DNA of 64,000 bases from a virus (taxonomy: Duplodnaviria > Heunggongvirae > Uroviricota > Caudoviricetes). A program made the position numbers and the translations under genes. The notes under the pieces were generated by a model that saw only the letters and a program-made list of their open reading frames with translations, ran no database searches and was not told the DNA's origin. Positions 22,770-32,781 of this stretch are shown piece after piece. The DNA is taken from the IMG/VR virus record IMGVR_UViG_2645727948_000011; one strand, 5' to 3'. Every line of letters begins with the position of its first letter. The first letter of the stretch is position 1.

Positions 22770-23014
22770 AAAAGCGATACTACACAGTAAAGCATGGGAC
22801 GCTACGAGCATTACAAGAGTTTGCTGACAAGCATAACGTTGAGGTGCGCAGGGAAGGGGGAAGTAAAGCTCTGCGCATGTACCGTCCGGACGGAAAATGG
22901 CGGACGGTCGTCGATTTCAAAACTAACAGCGTTCCCCAGGGCGTCCGCGACCGGGCATTCGAGGAATGGGAGCAGATCATCATAGATAACGCATTGCTCC
23001 TGAATGCTGATTAA
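22766..23014 (+). CDS. lxc: Lxc/Bof C1 co-repressor-like protein
   Basis: 82 aa, basic; size and position match P1 Lxc (Bof). Confidence 0.6.
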   Translation: MKKRYYTVKHGTLRALQEFADKHNVEVRREGGSKALRMYRPDGKWRTVVDFKTNSVPQGVRDRAFEEWEQIIIDNALLLNAD

Positions 23015-23019
23015 GAACT

Positions 23020-23046
23020 CTCCGGCCTAGGGAGATTAGGCCGGAG
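23020..23046. terminator. intergenic hairpin between convergent lxc and the SIR2 gene
   Basis: CTCCGGCCTA-GGGAGAT-TAGGCCGGAG perfect 10-bp stem; no strong T-run. Confidence 0.5.
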
Positions 23047-23055
23047 ATAAATATA

Positions 23056-24360
23056 CTATATAAACTTAGATATAATATCGTGAATCTGTTGTAGCGGGAT
23101 TTCTTCCATCTTACTCTTAATAAGAGAGCGGTTAGATGCTGTCAGTGAAGGCCATTTTGTTTTCCAGGCTAGATATGCTCGCCATGAGTAGCCTGTTTCG
23201 TAAGGTTTATTCATATAAGTCATTGAGTGTTCAACCGCATGTATGTATTTTTTCTCAAAGTTGGTTCCTTTTACTTCAAATAAACTACCGAAATAAATAA
23301 GCCATTTTGCCAGGTGTTCATACTGCTCCCATGCGCCAGACTCTTTAGTAAGATCTATTTTTTTATCTATTATATCACAAAAAACATTTAATACCTTTTC
23401 ATCATTCCAGCTATATCCAGATGATGAAATGGAGGAAATGATATGATAAAAAGAATCCTCTAACTTCAAGAACTCTATTTTATACTCTCTTCCGTTTTTT
23501 ATTACCGATTTGATTGAGTGCCTCAATTTGTCTTTTATTTTTTTTGCTTCTGGAATTTTCTTGTTAAGTTTTCTAAAGAAATCAGACACCTCTGTTTTAT
23601 CTATAACCCTAATCCCAAAGCAGGAAAAATAGTAATCTTTAATAGGTTGCAATAGTTTCCCTCGGGAAATAAGGAAAATATTGGAGGACATTACGTTGTC
23701 CCGTGAAAATACCTTATATTCATTTATAATCGCCTTGAGGTTCGCGTCACTTAGAGAATAGCCAAGAATAACAATAGTGTTTTCATGTAGAACTGTGCTT
23801 AGTTTATTTGAAAAGTAAGAATTACCATTTATAAATCTGAAATAATCCTCGCTAGTAACAACCATATCTGATGGGGAGTCTATAGAGCCGTGAACATGGT
23901 AGACTTTAACCTCACAATTATATTTTGGAATTGGCAGGCCGGGGGTGATTGTACACGTTCGATTCTCTCCAGCCAGTTTTTCTGCTAACTTGTCATAATT
24001 TGTCGTAATTACTTTAAATGTGTTTTCTTTGAAAAAGTCTTGAATATATTCAATTGATGGATCAAGTTCGATTGAGGCTATGATTTTCTCAATCTCCTGG
24101 TAAATATTTTTCCCCGAAAGTATAAATTTTAGTGCAATAACCTGAGCAGCCTCTTCAAGGCTAAGGTCTTTTGCTTTTCCATCAGGAAATAATTCCTCTT
24201 TGAGTGAGTCACCATCCTTCAATAAACCGCACAGTTGCTCCAATAAAGATTGCCAACTTGGGGCTTTATCATCAGAAACAGCCTTTGAAAATCCAGTGCC
24301 TGTAAGAAAGCACAGCCTATGTGTAGCTGCTGCATAGGCAATTTCTATATACTCGCTCAT
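23056..24360 (-). CDS. SIR2-family (SIR2_2-like) protein with an uncharacterised helical C-terminal domain; candidate NAD+-depleting defence effector
   Basis: 434 aa; CFLTGTGFS, ITTNYDKL, VYHVHGSID, ILGYSLSDANL in the N-terminal ~230 aa; markedly AT-rich versus flanks; own GGAG RBS. Confidence 0.8.
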   Translation of the reverse strand: MSEYIEIAYAAATHRLCFLTGTGFSKAVSDDKAPSWQSLLEQLCGLLKDGDSLKEELFPDGKAKDLSLEEAAQVIALKFILSGKNIYQEIEKIIASIELDPSIEYIQDFFKENTFKVITTNYDKLAEKLAGENRTCTITPGLPIPKYNCEVKVYHVHGSIDSPSDMVVTSEDYFRFINGNSYFSNKLSTVLHENTIVILGYSLSDANLKAIINEYKVFSRDNVMSSNIFLISRGKLLQPIKDYYFSCFGIRVIDKTEVSDFFRKLNKKIPEAKKIKDKLRHSIKSVIKNGREYKIEFLKLEDSFYHIISSISSSGYSWNDEKVLNVFCDIIDKKIDLTKESGAWEQYEHLAKWLIYFGSLFEVKGTNFEKKYIHAVEHSMTYMNKPYETGYSWRAYLAWKTKWPSLTASNRSLIKSKMEEIPLQQIHDIISKFI

Positions 24361-24416
24361 TACTTACTCCATTTACTTATAGTTCTACGGAGAAGTATAC
24401 CCTAATGCATTGACGT

Positions 24417-25070
24417 TTATAGATAATTTCCTTTTCCTGTTAATACTCCCTTAGGCACCTGTTTTTGTGCCAGCGTTTGGGTTCCGCGAATTATGTTAAT
24501 CAGAGGGCTTAGTAACGATGGTTCCTGGCGTGCCTCAACTTCTCCAGCCATTGCCCTGATGTAGTCTGCGCTGGCAACGTTGTTGTATTCCGTCGCAAAG
24601 CAACATAGTAACGTCAGAACATGCTCTGTCGTTATTTCGCTCCAGTTGATGTTGAAAAATTCATCGCCTTTTTTGTCGTGTTCGGAATCGAAGATGCTTT
24701 GGTGGAGGATGTATTTGCCGGATTCTTTGCGCGGTAACTTGATCGCTTTCTGGCGTTCCAATTCCTTGTAAATCTGCATTGCTTCAATCAGTACCGGCCT
24801 GCCGTTCATAAAGGGATCTCGCAACCTTACACGCTGGCCAACTCGACCAGTAATAAAGCTGTTTTCCTCTTCCACCAGCACGATAAAACCCTTTTCCTCT
24901 TTTTCTCGCAATTCGCGCAGCAGCTGGAGTTCCATGTCGCGGCGGCGTTCAGGGTAGCTGGTCCGCTCAGCCATTATCAGCTCATTGTTGATCCATGCAG
25001 CAGTCATTGACGCCGGTTTGCCGACGCTCATTGAAACAACGCATATTTTCTTATCCATAGCGCCCCACAA
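24417..25070 (-). CDS. Mat-like protein (positional)
   Basis: 217-aa ORF between ref and the SIR2 gene; backbone-like GC content. Confidence 0.5.
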   Translation of the reverse strand: MWGAMDKKICVVSMSVGKPASMTAAWINNELIMAERTSYPERRRDMELQLLRELREKEEKGFIVLVEEENSFITGRVGQRVRLRDPFMNGRPVLIEAMQIYKELERQKAIKLPRKESGKYILHQSIFDSEHDKKGDEFFNINWSEITTEHVLTLLCCFATEYNNVASADYIRAMAGEVEARQEPSLLSPLINIIRGTQTLAQKQVPKGVLTGKGNYL

Positions 25071-25245
25071 AAAAGAAAAGCCACCAGCGGCGGCTTAGCA
25101 ATACAACTGAAGGTAGCGCCCGGTACTCAGACTGTGCCGTCCATGGAATATTTGAAAAGGGATCCATCCGTACCGGGCGTGTGATGATTCTGACTGAAGT
25201 CACTTGTCAGTTGTCAATTATTTCAGATTAAAAATAATATATTTA

Positions 25246-25806
25246 TTAGTGCATGATGTTTGCCATCTCATAGGCGTCAGCCAGCAACTCCATCTCTGAC
25301 TTGTTCAGCAAGGTGAATTCTTTCTTGCCTCCAACCACACCATCGGCATGAACAGGGACCAGCCAAGGGTATTTTTCTCTTACTTCAGCCGGTGCTGCAT
25401 GCTGGTGGTGCCATCTGCAAAGGGGCAATTGCTTTTTGTGACAACCCGGCGCGGTACGACCGGAGATATGGTGCAGAGACACCTCTTCAGATATTACTCC
25501 ATGCATGTAGCAGGCAATGCAGGGGAGAGCGCCAAGAGCATTGGCGATGCGCCGTTCCTCCGCCGTTGGTGTTCTCCCCTTCAAGCCACGAGATTTTATT
25601 TTTACCGCGCTTTTCCGCGTTTTGCTGGCTGGTGGGCGCTCTTTCTGTTTAGCGATACGGCGGTCGATAGTATCCCGCATTTTCTGATATTGCGATTCTC
25701 GCCAGGCGGGGTCAGCCAACTTTTCCCGTTGCCGAGCGATCGCTCGTTCTCTGGCTGCCTTCTGCCACTCGCGGCGCTGTTCAATTTTTTGTTCGATTGT
25801 TTTCAT
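25246..25806 (-). CDS. ref: Ref recombination enhancement function (HNH endonuclease)
   Basis: 186 aa from ATG at 25804-25806 (MKTIEQKIEQ...); basic N-terminus and HNH-like LHHISGRTAPGCHKKQLPLCRWHHQ. Confidence 0.85.
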   Translation of the reverse strand: MKTIEQKIEQRREWQKAARERAIARQREKLADPAWRESQYQKMRDTIDRRIAKQKERPPASKTRKSAVKIKSRGLKGRTPTAEERRIANALGALPCIACYMHGVISEEVSLHHISGRTAPGCHKKQLPLCRWHHQHAAPAEVREKYPWLVPVHADGVVGGKKEFTLLNKSEMELLADAYEMANIMH

Positions 25807-25819
25807 ATGGCAAAAAAAA

Positions 25820-25837
25820 GGCGGCCTAATGGCCGCC
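25820..25837 (-). terminator. hairpin plus T-run immediately upstream of ref
   Basis: Minus strand reads GGCGGCC-ATTA-GGCCGCC then TTTTTTTT then GCC ATATG (ref start). Confidence 0.6.
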
Positions 25838-25904
25838 AATGATGTCAAGGAGTGAAGTAATGGCAACGTCTTCGTAGTTGACAAAAACTGCGGCTCAATT
25901 ATAA

Positions 25905-25921
25905 CAATCAATTAGAGCAAT
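25905..25921 (-). promoter_or_regulatory. C1 operator-like site upstream of ref (weaker match)
   Basis: Reverse complement ATTGCTCTAATTGATTG; first 11 positions match consensus. Confidence 0.45.
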
Positions 25922-26053
25922 GGTAGATATTTTGTTTATCGCGAATCACATTTTTTCACTTCAGTACCTGTGTGCTATACTCCTTCTTGATTGATTGGAT
26001 GCGGAATACAACCCCGCTCTTTTGTGCAGCCTGGCTCCTTGCCAGGCTTTTTT

Positions 26054-26365
26054 TTATTTCATCATGGAAGCTGTTAACGCTTTGGACCTTGCTGAACTGA
26101 TTGAAAGGACATTGTTAACCTTACCCAAGAGTTCGCCAAACTCAGACATCACTTTAGCAAAACCGCGCCGTGCTTCTTCCTCGGTGGCATTCATCACGAA
26201 ATGTTCAGCACTACGCATACTTTTGACAGGAAACGCAACGGATATTGAGTCAATATCAGGCATTCTATCGTTCAGCTTTACAGTGACAATGACGGCTGGC
26301 GACTGAATATTGGTGCTTACAGACAGCACTACATATTTTCCGTCGATGTTGAAATCCTTCCTCAT
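26054..26365 (-). CDS. Cra-like protein (positional)
   Basis: 103-aa ORF directly downstream of cre. Confidence 0.5.
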   Translation of the reverse strand: MRKDFNIDGKYVVLSVSTNIQSPAVIVTVKLNDRMPDIDSISVAFPVKSMRSAEHFVMNATEEEARRGFAKVMSEFGELLGKVNNVLSISSARSKALTASMMK

Positions 26366-26381
26366 ATGTCACCATAAATAT

Positions 26382-26398
26382 CAAAGAATTAGAGCAAT
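26382..26398 (-). promoter_or_regulatory. C1 operator-like site between cre and the cra-like gene
   Basis: Reverse complement ATTGCTCTAATTCTTTG. Confidence 0.45.
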
Positions 26399-26415
26399 CA
26401 TTTACGCATTAATGG

Positions 26416-27447
26416 CTAATCGCCATCTTCCAGCAGGCGCACCATTGCCCCTGTTTCACTATCCAGGTTACGGATATAGTTCATGACAATATTTACATTG
26501 GTCCAGCCACCAGCTTGCATGATCTCCGGTATTGAAACTCCAGCGCGGGCCATATCTCGCGCGGCTCCGACACGGGCACTGTGTCCAGACCAGGCCAGGT
26601 ATCTCTGACCAGAGTCATCCTTAGCGCCGTAAATCAATCGATGAGTTGCTTCAAAAATCCCTTCCAGGGCGCGAGTTGATAGCTGGCTGGTGGCAGATGG
26701 CGCGGCAACACCATTTTTTCTGACCCGGCAAAACAGGTAGTTATTCGGATCATCAGCTACACCAGAGACGGAAATCCATCGCTCGACCAGTTTAGTTACC
26801 CCCAGGCTAAGTGCCTTCTCTACACCTGCGGTGCTAACCAGCGTTTTCGTTCTGCCAATATGGATTAACATTCTCCCACCGTCAGTACGTGAGATATCTT
26901 TAACCCTGATCCTGGCAATTTCGGCTATACGTAACAGGGTGTTATAAGCAATCCCCAGAAATGCCAGATTACGTATATCCTGGCAGCGCTCACTATTTTC
27001 CATGAGTGAACGAACCAGGTCGAAATCAGTGCGTTCGAACGCCAGCGCCTGTTTTGCACGCTCACCGGCATCAACGTTTTCTTTTCGGATCCGTCGCATG
27101 ACCAGTGAAACAGCATTGCTGTCACTTGGTCGTGGCAGCCCGGACCGACGATGAAGCATGTTTAGCTGGCCCAAATGTTGCTGGATAGTTTTTACTGCCA
27201 GACCGCGCGCCTGAAGATATAGAAGATAATCGCGAACATCTTCAGGTTCTGCGGGAAACCATTTCCGGTTATTCAACTTGCACCATGCCGCCCACGACCG
27301 GCAAACGGACAGAAGCATTTTCCAGGTATGCTCAGAAAACGCCTGGCGATCCCTGAACATGTCCATCAGGTTCTTGCGAACCTCATCACTCGTTGCATCG
27401 ACCGGTAATGCAGGCAAATTTTGGTGTACGGTCAGTAAATTGGACAT
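26416..27447 (-). CDS. cre: Cre tyrosine recombinase
   Basis: 343 aa, MSNLLTVHQNLPALPVDATSDEVRKNLMDMFRDRQAFSEHTWKMLLSVCRSWAAWC...MVRLLEDGD; recognised along its whole length. Confidence 0.98.
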   Translation of the reverse strand: MSNLLTVHQNLPALPVDATSDEVRKNLMDMFRDRQAFSEHTWKMLLSVCRSWAAWCKLNNRKWFPAEPEDVRDYLLYLQARGLAVKTIQQHLGQLNMLHRRSGLPRPSDSNAVSLVMRRIRKENVDAGERAKQALAFERTDFDLVRSLMENSERCQDIRNLAFLGIAYNTLLRIAEIARIRVKDISRTDGGRMLIHIGRTKTLVSTAGVEKALSLGVTKLVERWISVSGVADDPNNYLFCRVRKNGVAAPSATSQLSTRALEGIFEATHRLIYGAKDDSGQRYLAWSGHSARVGAARDMARAGVSIPEIMQAGGWTNVNIVMNYIRNLDSETGAMVRLLEDGD

Positions 27448-27865
27448 TTAACACTCAGATAATGGTTTTAAGTAAAGTGTACAGGATCGGCTCTGCCTTT
27501 ACCTGTTTATGGTTCTCGTCATAGAAACGCCAGCGACCACGCGTGCGTTCTATTTTCTCTTCACCGCGCGATAATGACAGTTGACAACTATCACGATCAA
27601 ACCCTTTTGCCCGCCAGTAACCACGGTTTTTCTCAAGCTCAATATGAGTGGACACTTTAGCAGCTGAATATCCCATTTTTCACCTCTGATTGATTGGTGG
27701 TGCTAAGTGCGCTACGCGAAATCTGGAGCACTAACACTGCCAACATTTCGCAGATTTTACGTAGCGCAACCTTGATCAAATGATCAAGTGATCACTATTT
27801 GACCTGATAAGGTATTGAACTGTATGGATTTACAGGTAAATTGATCATGTTCAATAACCCTTAAG

Positions 27866-27899
27866 ATAACTTCGTATAATGTATGCTATACGAAGTTAT
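27866..27899 (+). other. loxP: loxP recombination site
   Basis: Exact ATAACTTCGTATA-ATGTATGC-TATACGAAGTTAT, 419 bp upstream of the cre start. Confidence 0.98.
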
Positions 27900-27942
27900 T
27901 AGGTCTGAAGAGGAGTTTACGTCCAGCTGCGCATAAAAATCA

Positions 27943-27959
27943 AGAATTATTAGAGCAAT
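27943..27959 (-). promoter_or_regulatory. C1 operator-like site in the immC control region
   Basis: Reverse complement ATTGCTCTAATAATTCT. Confidence 0.6.
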
Positions 27960-28025
27960 AAATTTTGAGAGAAAAATCCCACTCCACCAGCCAAAAACTG
28001 GATTGTTTTTCATAGTTGTTTGACA

Positions 28026-28042
28026 ATTGCTCTAATAAATTA
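28026..28042 (+). promoter_or_regulatory. C1 operator-like site in the immC control region
   Basis: ATTGCTCTAATAAATTA, 16/17 to consensus. Confidence 0.7.
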
Positions 28043-28280
28043 TAGTTTTGCCGCCGTTTCGTAATACGACTTTGGATTCACTATTTAATGTGTCTTCAGC
28101 GTTGTAGAGCGGCTCAGAAGGAAATGAGCAAACAGGGAAACCTTATACAACGGCATTACAGCTATGCATTGCTCATCTTACACACAGCGCAATGTTGTTA
28201 GATTACCCCAGCATGGATCATGGGTGAAACAGTAGGTCAGAGCTTCAGGCTCTGTGTTGTCAATACAGTGAGGCATAATT

Positions 28281-28490
28281 ATGGCTTTCATTCCACCAAC
28301 CATCGACGACGTTAGACATTGCTCTAACGCTTTATCTGTAGACCCCGCCGAAACCGACGCTGCCCGCGCCATTGCTGAACACTACTCAAAGATATCCAAT
28401 CAGGAGTACCGCATCACCCAAGACGACCTGGATGATCTCACTGACACAATCGAATATCTCATGGCCACTAACCAGCCAGACTCACAATAA
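28281..28490 (+). CDS. coi: Coi, C1 inactivator
   Basis: 69 aa immediately upstream of c1; MAFIPPTIDDVRHCSNALS...; size and position match. Confidence 0.8.
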   Translation: MAFIPPTIDDVRHCSNALSVDPAETDAARAIAEHYSKISNQEYRITQDDLDDLTDTIEYLMATNQPDSQ

Positions 28491-28600
28491 ATGCACTAAT
28501 AAATCTATTATTTTCGTTGGATCCTTCTATAATGGTGGCCAACAACTCCCAGTGTAATCCGCTGTGAGTTGTTGGCCATGTCAATTCTGGAGGAGGATCA

Positions 28601-29452
28601 ATGATAAATTATGTCTACGGCGAACAACTGTACCAGGAGTTCGTCAGCTTCAGGGATCTCTTTCTAAAAAAAGCTGTTGCACGCGCCCAACACGTTGATG
28701 CCGCCAGCGACGGTCGTCCTGTACGCCCGGTTGTCGTTCTGCCGTTCAAAGAAACGGACAGCATTCAGGCTGAAATTGATAAATGGACTTTAATGGCGCG
28801 GGAACTGGAACAGTACCCAGACCTCAATATCCCAAAGACTATTTTATATCCAGTGCCTAACATCCTTCGCGGTGTGCGTAAGGTTACAACTTATCAGACA
28901 GAAGCAGTGAACAGCGTCAATATGACCGCTGGCCGCATTATTCATCTGATTGATAAGGACATTCGCATCCAAAAAAGCGCGGGGATCAATGAGCACAGTG
29001 CGAAATACATAGAGAACCTGGAAGCAACAAAAGAGCTAATGAAGCAGTACCCGGAGGATGAAAAATTCCGTATGCGCGTACACGGCTTTAGCGAAACAAT
29101 GCTGCGCGTCCATTACATTTCCAGTAGCCCTAACTACAATGATGGTAAATCAGTTAGTTACCATGTGCCGCTGTGTGGTGTGTTTATCTGCGATGAAACT
29201 CTCCGTGATGGAATCATCATCAACGGTGAATTCGAGAAAGCAAAATTTAGCCTTTATGACTCTATAGAACCGATCATCTGCGACCGCTGGCCGCAGGCAA
29301 AAATATATCGCCTGGCAGATATTGAAAATGTAAAAAAACAAATTGCCATCACTCGCGAAGAGAAAAAGGTCAAATCAGCCGCATCAGTTACGCGCAGCCG
29401 TAAAACTAAGAAGGGGCAGCCAGTAAACGACAACCCCGAAAGCGCGCAATAG
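28601..29452 (+). CDS. c1: C1 immunity repressor
   Basis: 283 aa, MINYVYGEQLYQEFVSFRDLFLKKAVARAQ...; GGAGGAGG RBS. Confidence 0.95.
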   Translation: MINYVYGEQLYQEFVSFRDLFLKKAVARAQHVDAASDGRPVRPVVVLPFKETDSIQAEIDKWTLMARELEQYPDLNIPKTILYPVPNILRGVRKVTTYQTEAVNSVNMTAGRIIHLIDKDIRIQKSAGINEHSAKYIENLEATKELMKQYPEDEKFRMRVHGFSETMLRVHYISSSPNYNDGKSVSYHVPLCGVFICDETLRDGIIINGEFEKAKFSLYDSIEPIICDRWPQAKIYRLADIENVKKQIAITREEKKVKSAASVTRSRKTKKGQPVNDNPESAQ

Positions 29453-29476
29453 TTTCTATCCGGCATGGTCAATGAG

Positions 29477-30961
29477 TTATTCATTAAGCCATGCCAGAGC
29501 TTCATCAACCTGCGCTTCGTCTTCGACGCTAAGCACTTCATCCTGGGGAACATAATCCGCCAGCATAGCGAAACAATATGTATCCCAATGGTCTGGTGAG
29601 TGCAGGTTGAGTTTTTTCTTCATATCCTCCTTACTCATCACCTTCCATTGACCTGCGGAGTTAATCCCTACAGGGATTTTCGACGCTTCCTCAATAGTTT
29701 CATTACCCTTATCCAGTCTCATACGACCTGATTTTACGGCCTCTGCGGCTTGAACGTTGGCATAAGCACGCTTATCAAAGTACAGGCTCTTATCTTCACG
29801 GCTATGCATCTTTTTACCCCAGCGTATACGCTGTACGGTAATACCATAATACTCGTACATCAGATCCGCCGTTGCTTTACCCAGGCCATCGCCGTCTATC
29901 GCTATGGTGATATTTGGGAATCGCTCAGGATTACATTCTGCGAAAATTTTGGCGGCAAGCTGCGTTTCTGTAACGTCTGTGTATTCCAGCATTCGATAGT
30001 TGATTACACGGCGTTTATTTCTCTGGCCGGACACCATCATGATATTGATAACGGACTTATCCCGTCCCGTACCACCAGCAACGTCCACACATGCAAGCCA
30101 GCCCCATCCTTTGGCAATCTTGACTTTCCGCCGCGTCGCACGTTCAACCTCATCACGTCCAAGAAGGAAGCCATCCTGTGATTTAGGGAATAGTCCGCGT
30201 ACTTTAATCATGTACATAGGGTTATCACGCCCGCCGTACTCCGCCAGCTTCATTTTGATAAATGCTGGCGTTACCAGCGGTGATTCCTCACTGTTAAGCG
30301 TGATCGCCGTATAAACGCCATCAGGGTTACCAGGACGCTTGGCCAGTTTATGGTGAGTATCGTAGAAATAGCCGCTTGGGCGTGTAGGCTGTGACAGTAA
30401 TAAGATGCGGTTATCCTGTCCGGTAAGAGCACCAGTGATGATACCGAAAGCTCTATCACTGACACCGGAGGCTTCATCGATAATATACAGAAGATGATCT
30501 GCGTGTTCACCGGCGAGAGCTTCTTCACTTCCCAGACGAAAGCCCTTCGGTACTACAGTCCATACACCTTTACCAGTAACCTCATAGAAAGCGGTTTCTG
30601 TCAGAACAAAATAATCAGCAAGCCATGGAAAACGGCTGGTGGCAGTAGCCCAGTTTATCTTGATGTACTTGAATATACCGGTCATTACCTGCTGAATTTT
30701 GTTCGCAACGATAATGGCGCGGGCACCGGGATACATGATTATGAACAACATGATCATGATAGAAGTCATGTCTGATTTCCCGGTACCGTGACCAGACGAA
30801 ACAGATGTCTTGCTACCCTGTTCCTGCACAGACTCAATAATCAGATCCTGCTGCCAGGTAGGTGTTTTGCCGAACAAAACATCAGCGGCCGCAATCCAGT
30901 CATAACGATATAGCGCCACCAGCTCGCGCCAACGTGGATCCGTTACGCAACTTCTGGCCAT
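29477..30961 (-). CDS. pacB: PacB terminase large subunit
   Basis: 494 aa; Walker A SGHGTGKS, Walker [13 protein letters not shown]-terminal nuclease region; stop/start overlap with pacA. Confidence 0.9.
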   Translation of the reverse strand: MARSCVTDPRWRELVALYRYDWIAAADVLFGKTPTWQQDLIIESVQEQGSKTSVSSGHGTGKSDMTSIMIMLFIIMYPGARAIIVANKIQQVMTGIFKYIKINWATATSRFPWLADYFVLTETAFYEVTGKGVWTVVPKGFRLGSEEALAGEHADHLLYIIDEASGVSDRAFGIITGALTGQDNRILLLSQPTRPSGYFYDTHHKLAKRPGNPDGVYTAITLNSEESPLVTPAFIKMKLAEYGGRDNPMYMIKVRGLFPKSQDGFLLGRDEVERATRRKVKIAKGWGWLACVDVAGGTGRDKSVINIMMVSGQRNKRRVINYRMLEYTDVTETQLAAKIFAECNPERFPNITIAIDGDGLGKATADLMYEYYGITVQRIRWGKKMHSREDKSLYFDKRAYANVQAAEAVKSGRMRLDKGNETIEEASKIPVGINSAGQWKVMSKEDMKKKLNLHSPDHWDTYCFAMLADYVPQDEVLSVEDEAQVDEALAWLNE

Positions 30962-32154
30962 TAATCATCATCCCCGTATAGCTTGCGGGTAACTTCTTCG
31001 TCTTCCTCCTCGTCTTCGTCCAGGTCTTGTTCCAGCCATGGGTCGTTTGATACACCTTCAGTATCAACATCTCCATAACCGCCTGTATCAACAATATCGG
31101 CGATTTCTTCCCTACGCTGCTCAATCCACAATGCGGCATCGGCGCGGCGGTTGGCGGCCCGTTCTCGCGCAACTTTGTCCAGATCTTCAAGAGAAGGGCC
31201 ACCGACGGCTGTTTGCCTTTCCTCATCATCGGTATTGGTCTTAGGAGCACGCAGATCGGCTTTGATTTGCTCCAGCATCAGGGGCGGTACTTTCCCTCCA
31301 TGCGCCTCGATGAATTCAGCTGCCTCCAGCACTGACCAGTTGTTTTCACGCTTTCGTTCGTATGCCAGCTTAACAATGCCAGCTTGCCCCATAGACAAAG
31401 CGTGCTTTTCCGCCTCCCGGCTTTCTTTTCGATAGTTATTCCGGATGCTGTAAATGGTGTTGATCAGGCTGCTTATCTGCGCGGAACAGCTGTTTAGCAT
31501 GCTCGCGATACGGTATTCAGGCGGAGTTCCTTCATCATCGTCTTTTTGCTGATCGCGCATTTCCTGAACCAAGCGAATACACGTATCCCTGGCGTTCTCC
31601 AGCATAAGGAGATGAGAGAGAGACTTTTCCAGAAGAGTGGTTTCCAGAACATCAGCCCCGGACCGACGCAACATAGCGCGCGCGGCCTTCCGCGCTTCAA
31701 CGTTATCTATCAGGTAATCGCCAGCTTCGAATTCAAAGCGTTCACCATCATCATCCAGGGTGTCGCGTTCCAGGCGATCACGTAAGGTCCGGTGGGCGCG
31801 GGTGATCACGTCATGATCATCAGAACGATCATTTATGCGCTTATTCTGGCGCTTCGCGTTCTCGACTGCGGCACTGACAACAGCATTAACTCTTTGTTTT
31901 TCAGCCGTTTCAGCCACAATGTGATCACCTGCACGTTGATCATTAGCGTGATCAATGATCATGCTTTTTAGTGGTTTTCTGACAGGCTTATTTGGCTTAC
32001 GGCTGTCCGCTGTTCCGGTGTCTTCTTTGAATGCACGGAGATAACGACGTGCGGTGTTTGGGTTGAGATTAAACTCGGCGGCATATTGTGCGATGGTGTA
32101 ACCACCATCTCGCGCCAGGCGAGCAAAATTCTTCTTGTGATCGTCCCAGGTCAC
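30961..32154 (-). CDS. pacA: PacA terminase small/pac-recognition subunit
   Basis: 397 aa, [42 protein letters not shown] (HTH); contains the pac hexamer cluster in its 5' part. Confidence 0.9.
   Translation of the reverse strand: MTWDDHKKNFARLARDGGYTIAQYAAEFNLNPNTARRYLRAFKEDTGTADSRKPNKPVRKPLKSMIIDHANDQRAGDHIVAETAEKQRVNAVVSAAVENAKRQNKRINDRSDDHDVITRAHRTLRDRLERDTLDDDGERFEFEAGDYLIDNVEARKAARAMLRRSGADVLETTLLEKSLSHLLMLENARDTCIRLVQEMRDQQKDDDEGTPPEYRIASMLNSCSAQISSLINTIYSIRNNYRKESREAEKHALSMGQAGIVKLAYERKRENNWSVLEAAEFIEAHGGKVPPLMLEQIKADLRAPKTNTDDEERQTAVGGPSLEDLDKVARERAANRRADAALWIEQRREEIADIVDTGGYGDVDTEGVSNDPWLEQDLDEDEEEDEEVTRKLYGDDD
31803..31961. other. pac: pac packaging site (TGATCA hexamer clusters)
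   Basis: Hexamers at 31803, 31814 and 31826 (GATCAT variant), then four TGATCA at 31922, 31937, 31949, 31956, about 100 bp apart, inside pacA. Confidence 0.8.
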
Positions 32155-32240
32155 TTATGCTTCCTTTCGTATAAAACTCTTTTTGACGCGAGGGTAACGA
32201 AAGTCACATGTCAAAAGGCCCGGAACGGGCAAGCAATCAA

Positions 32241-32693
32241 TCAGATACGTGCGGATGTGGCATTACCGTAATGACGGTGCTGACGGACCACCTTATTGAA
32301 AAGTTGACGCGCCATCACCCAAGGCTGGTGCTCCCGGCGTTCCTTTTCGTCCTGCGTCATATAGAGTTCGTTCTGGAGTTTTTCATCAAACCGGCGCGGA
32401 GCGCGGCTGCGGCGAAAGAATTCAGGATTCAGAGAGTGGATCTGAAATCTACGTGGGCGTGTACTGTCATCAATCAAAACAGACGAATACTTAGACACAG
32501 CGATAGCCTTTAAGCGCAGATAAACATCGCGCTTATCGACATCCAGATGCGGGTATTCCTTTTCAAGAATTGCTGCGAGTTCTTTCGCTGATAGAAGAGA
32601 TTTAGTGCGGATCATGTAATCCGCAATCTCGTACGATGTTATTCGTGAGTGATTTATTTCCATGAAGTGGCGTCCCTGCCAGTTAAGTAACAT
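32241..32693 (-). CDS. lpa: Lpa-like late promoter activator (positional)
   Basis: 150 aa directly upstream of pacA with a C1 operator in its promoter region. Confidence 0.6.
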   Translation of the reverse strand: MLLNWQGRHFMEINHSRITSYEIADYMIRTKSLLSAKELAAILEKEYPHLDVDKRDVYLRLKAIAVSKYSSVLIDDSTRPRRFQIHSLNPEFFRRSRAPRRFDEKLQNELYMTQDEKERREHQPWVMARQLFNKVVRQHRHYGNATSARI

Positions 32694-32763
32694 CCTGTCA
32701 CCTACTGATTAGCCCATGTCAACTAATCAACGTGGAATATAATACCCTCGATTAAAGAAATAG

Positions 32764-32780
32764 CAATACATTAGAGCAAT
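32764..32780 (-). promoter_or_regulatory. C1 operator-like site upstream of lpa
   Basis: Reverse complement ATTGCTCTAATGTATTG. Confidence 0.5.
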
Positions 32781-32781
32781 T

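Noticed and set aside
23020-25070. Type III restriction-modification genes (res/mod) expected here by P1 synteny
   Set aside because: No ORF in the mat-to-lxc interval has Res helicase or Mod methyltransferase motifs; only the SIR2 gene is present. DarB's MTase domain is part of the antirestriction protein, not an R-M system.
27455-27676. 73-aa minus-strand ORF between loxP and cre
   Set aside because: Lies in the interval that, in P1 as I recall it, holds the cre promoters; no RBS seen; kept only as a low-probability small gene.
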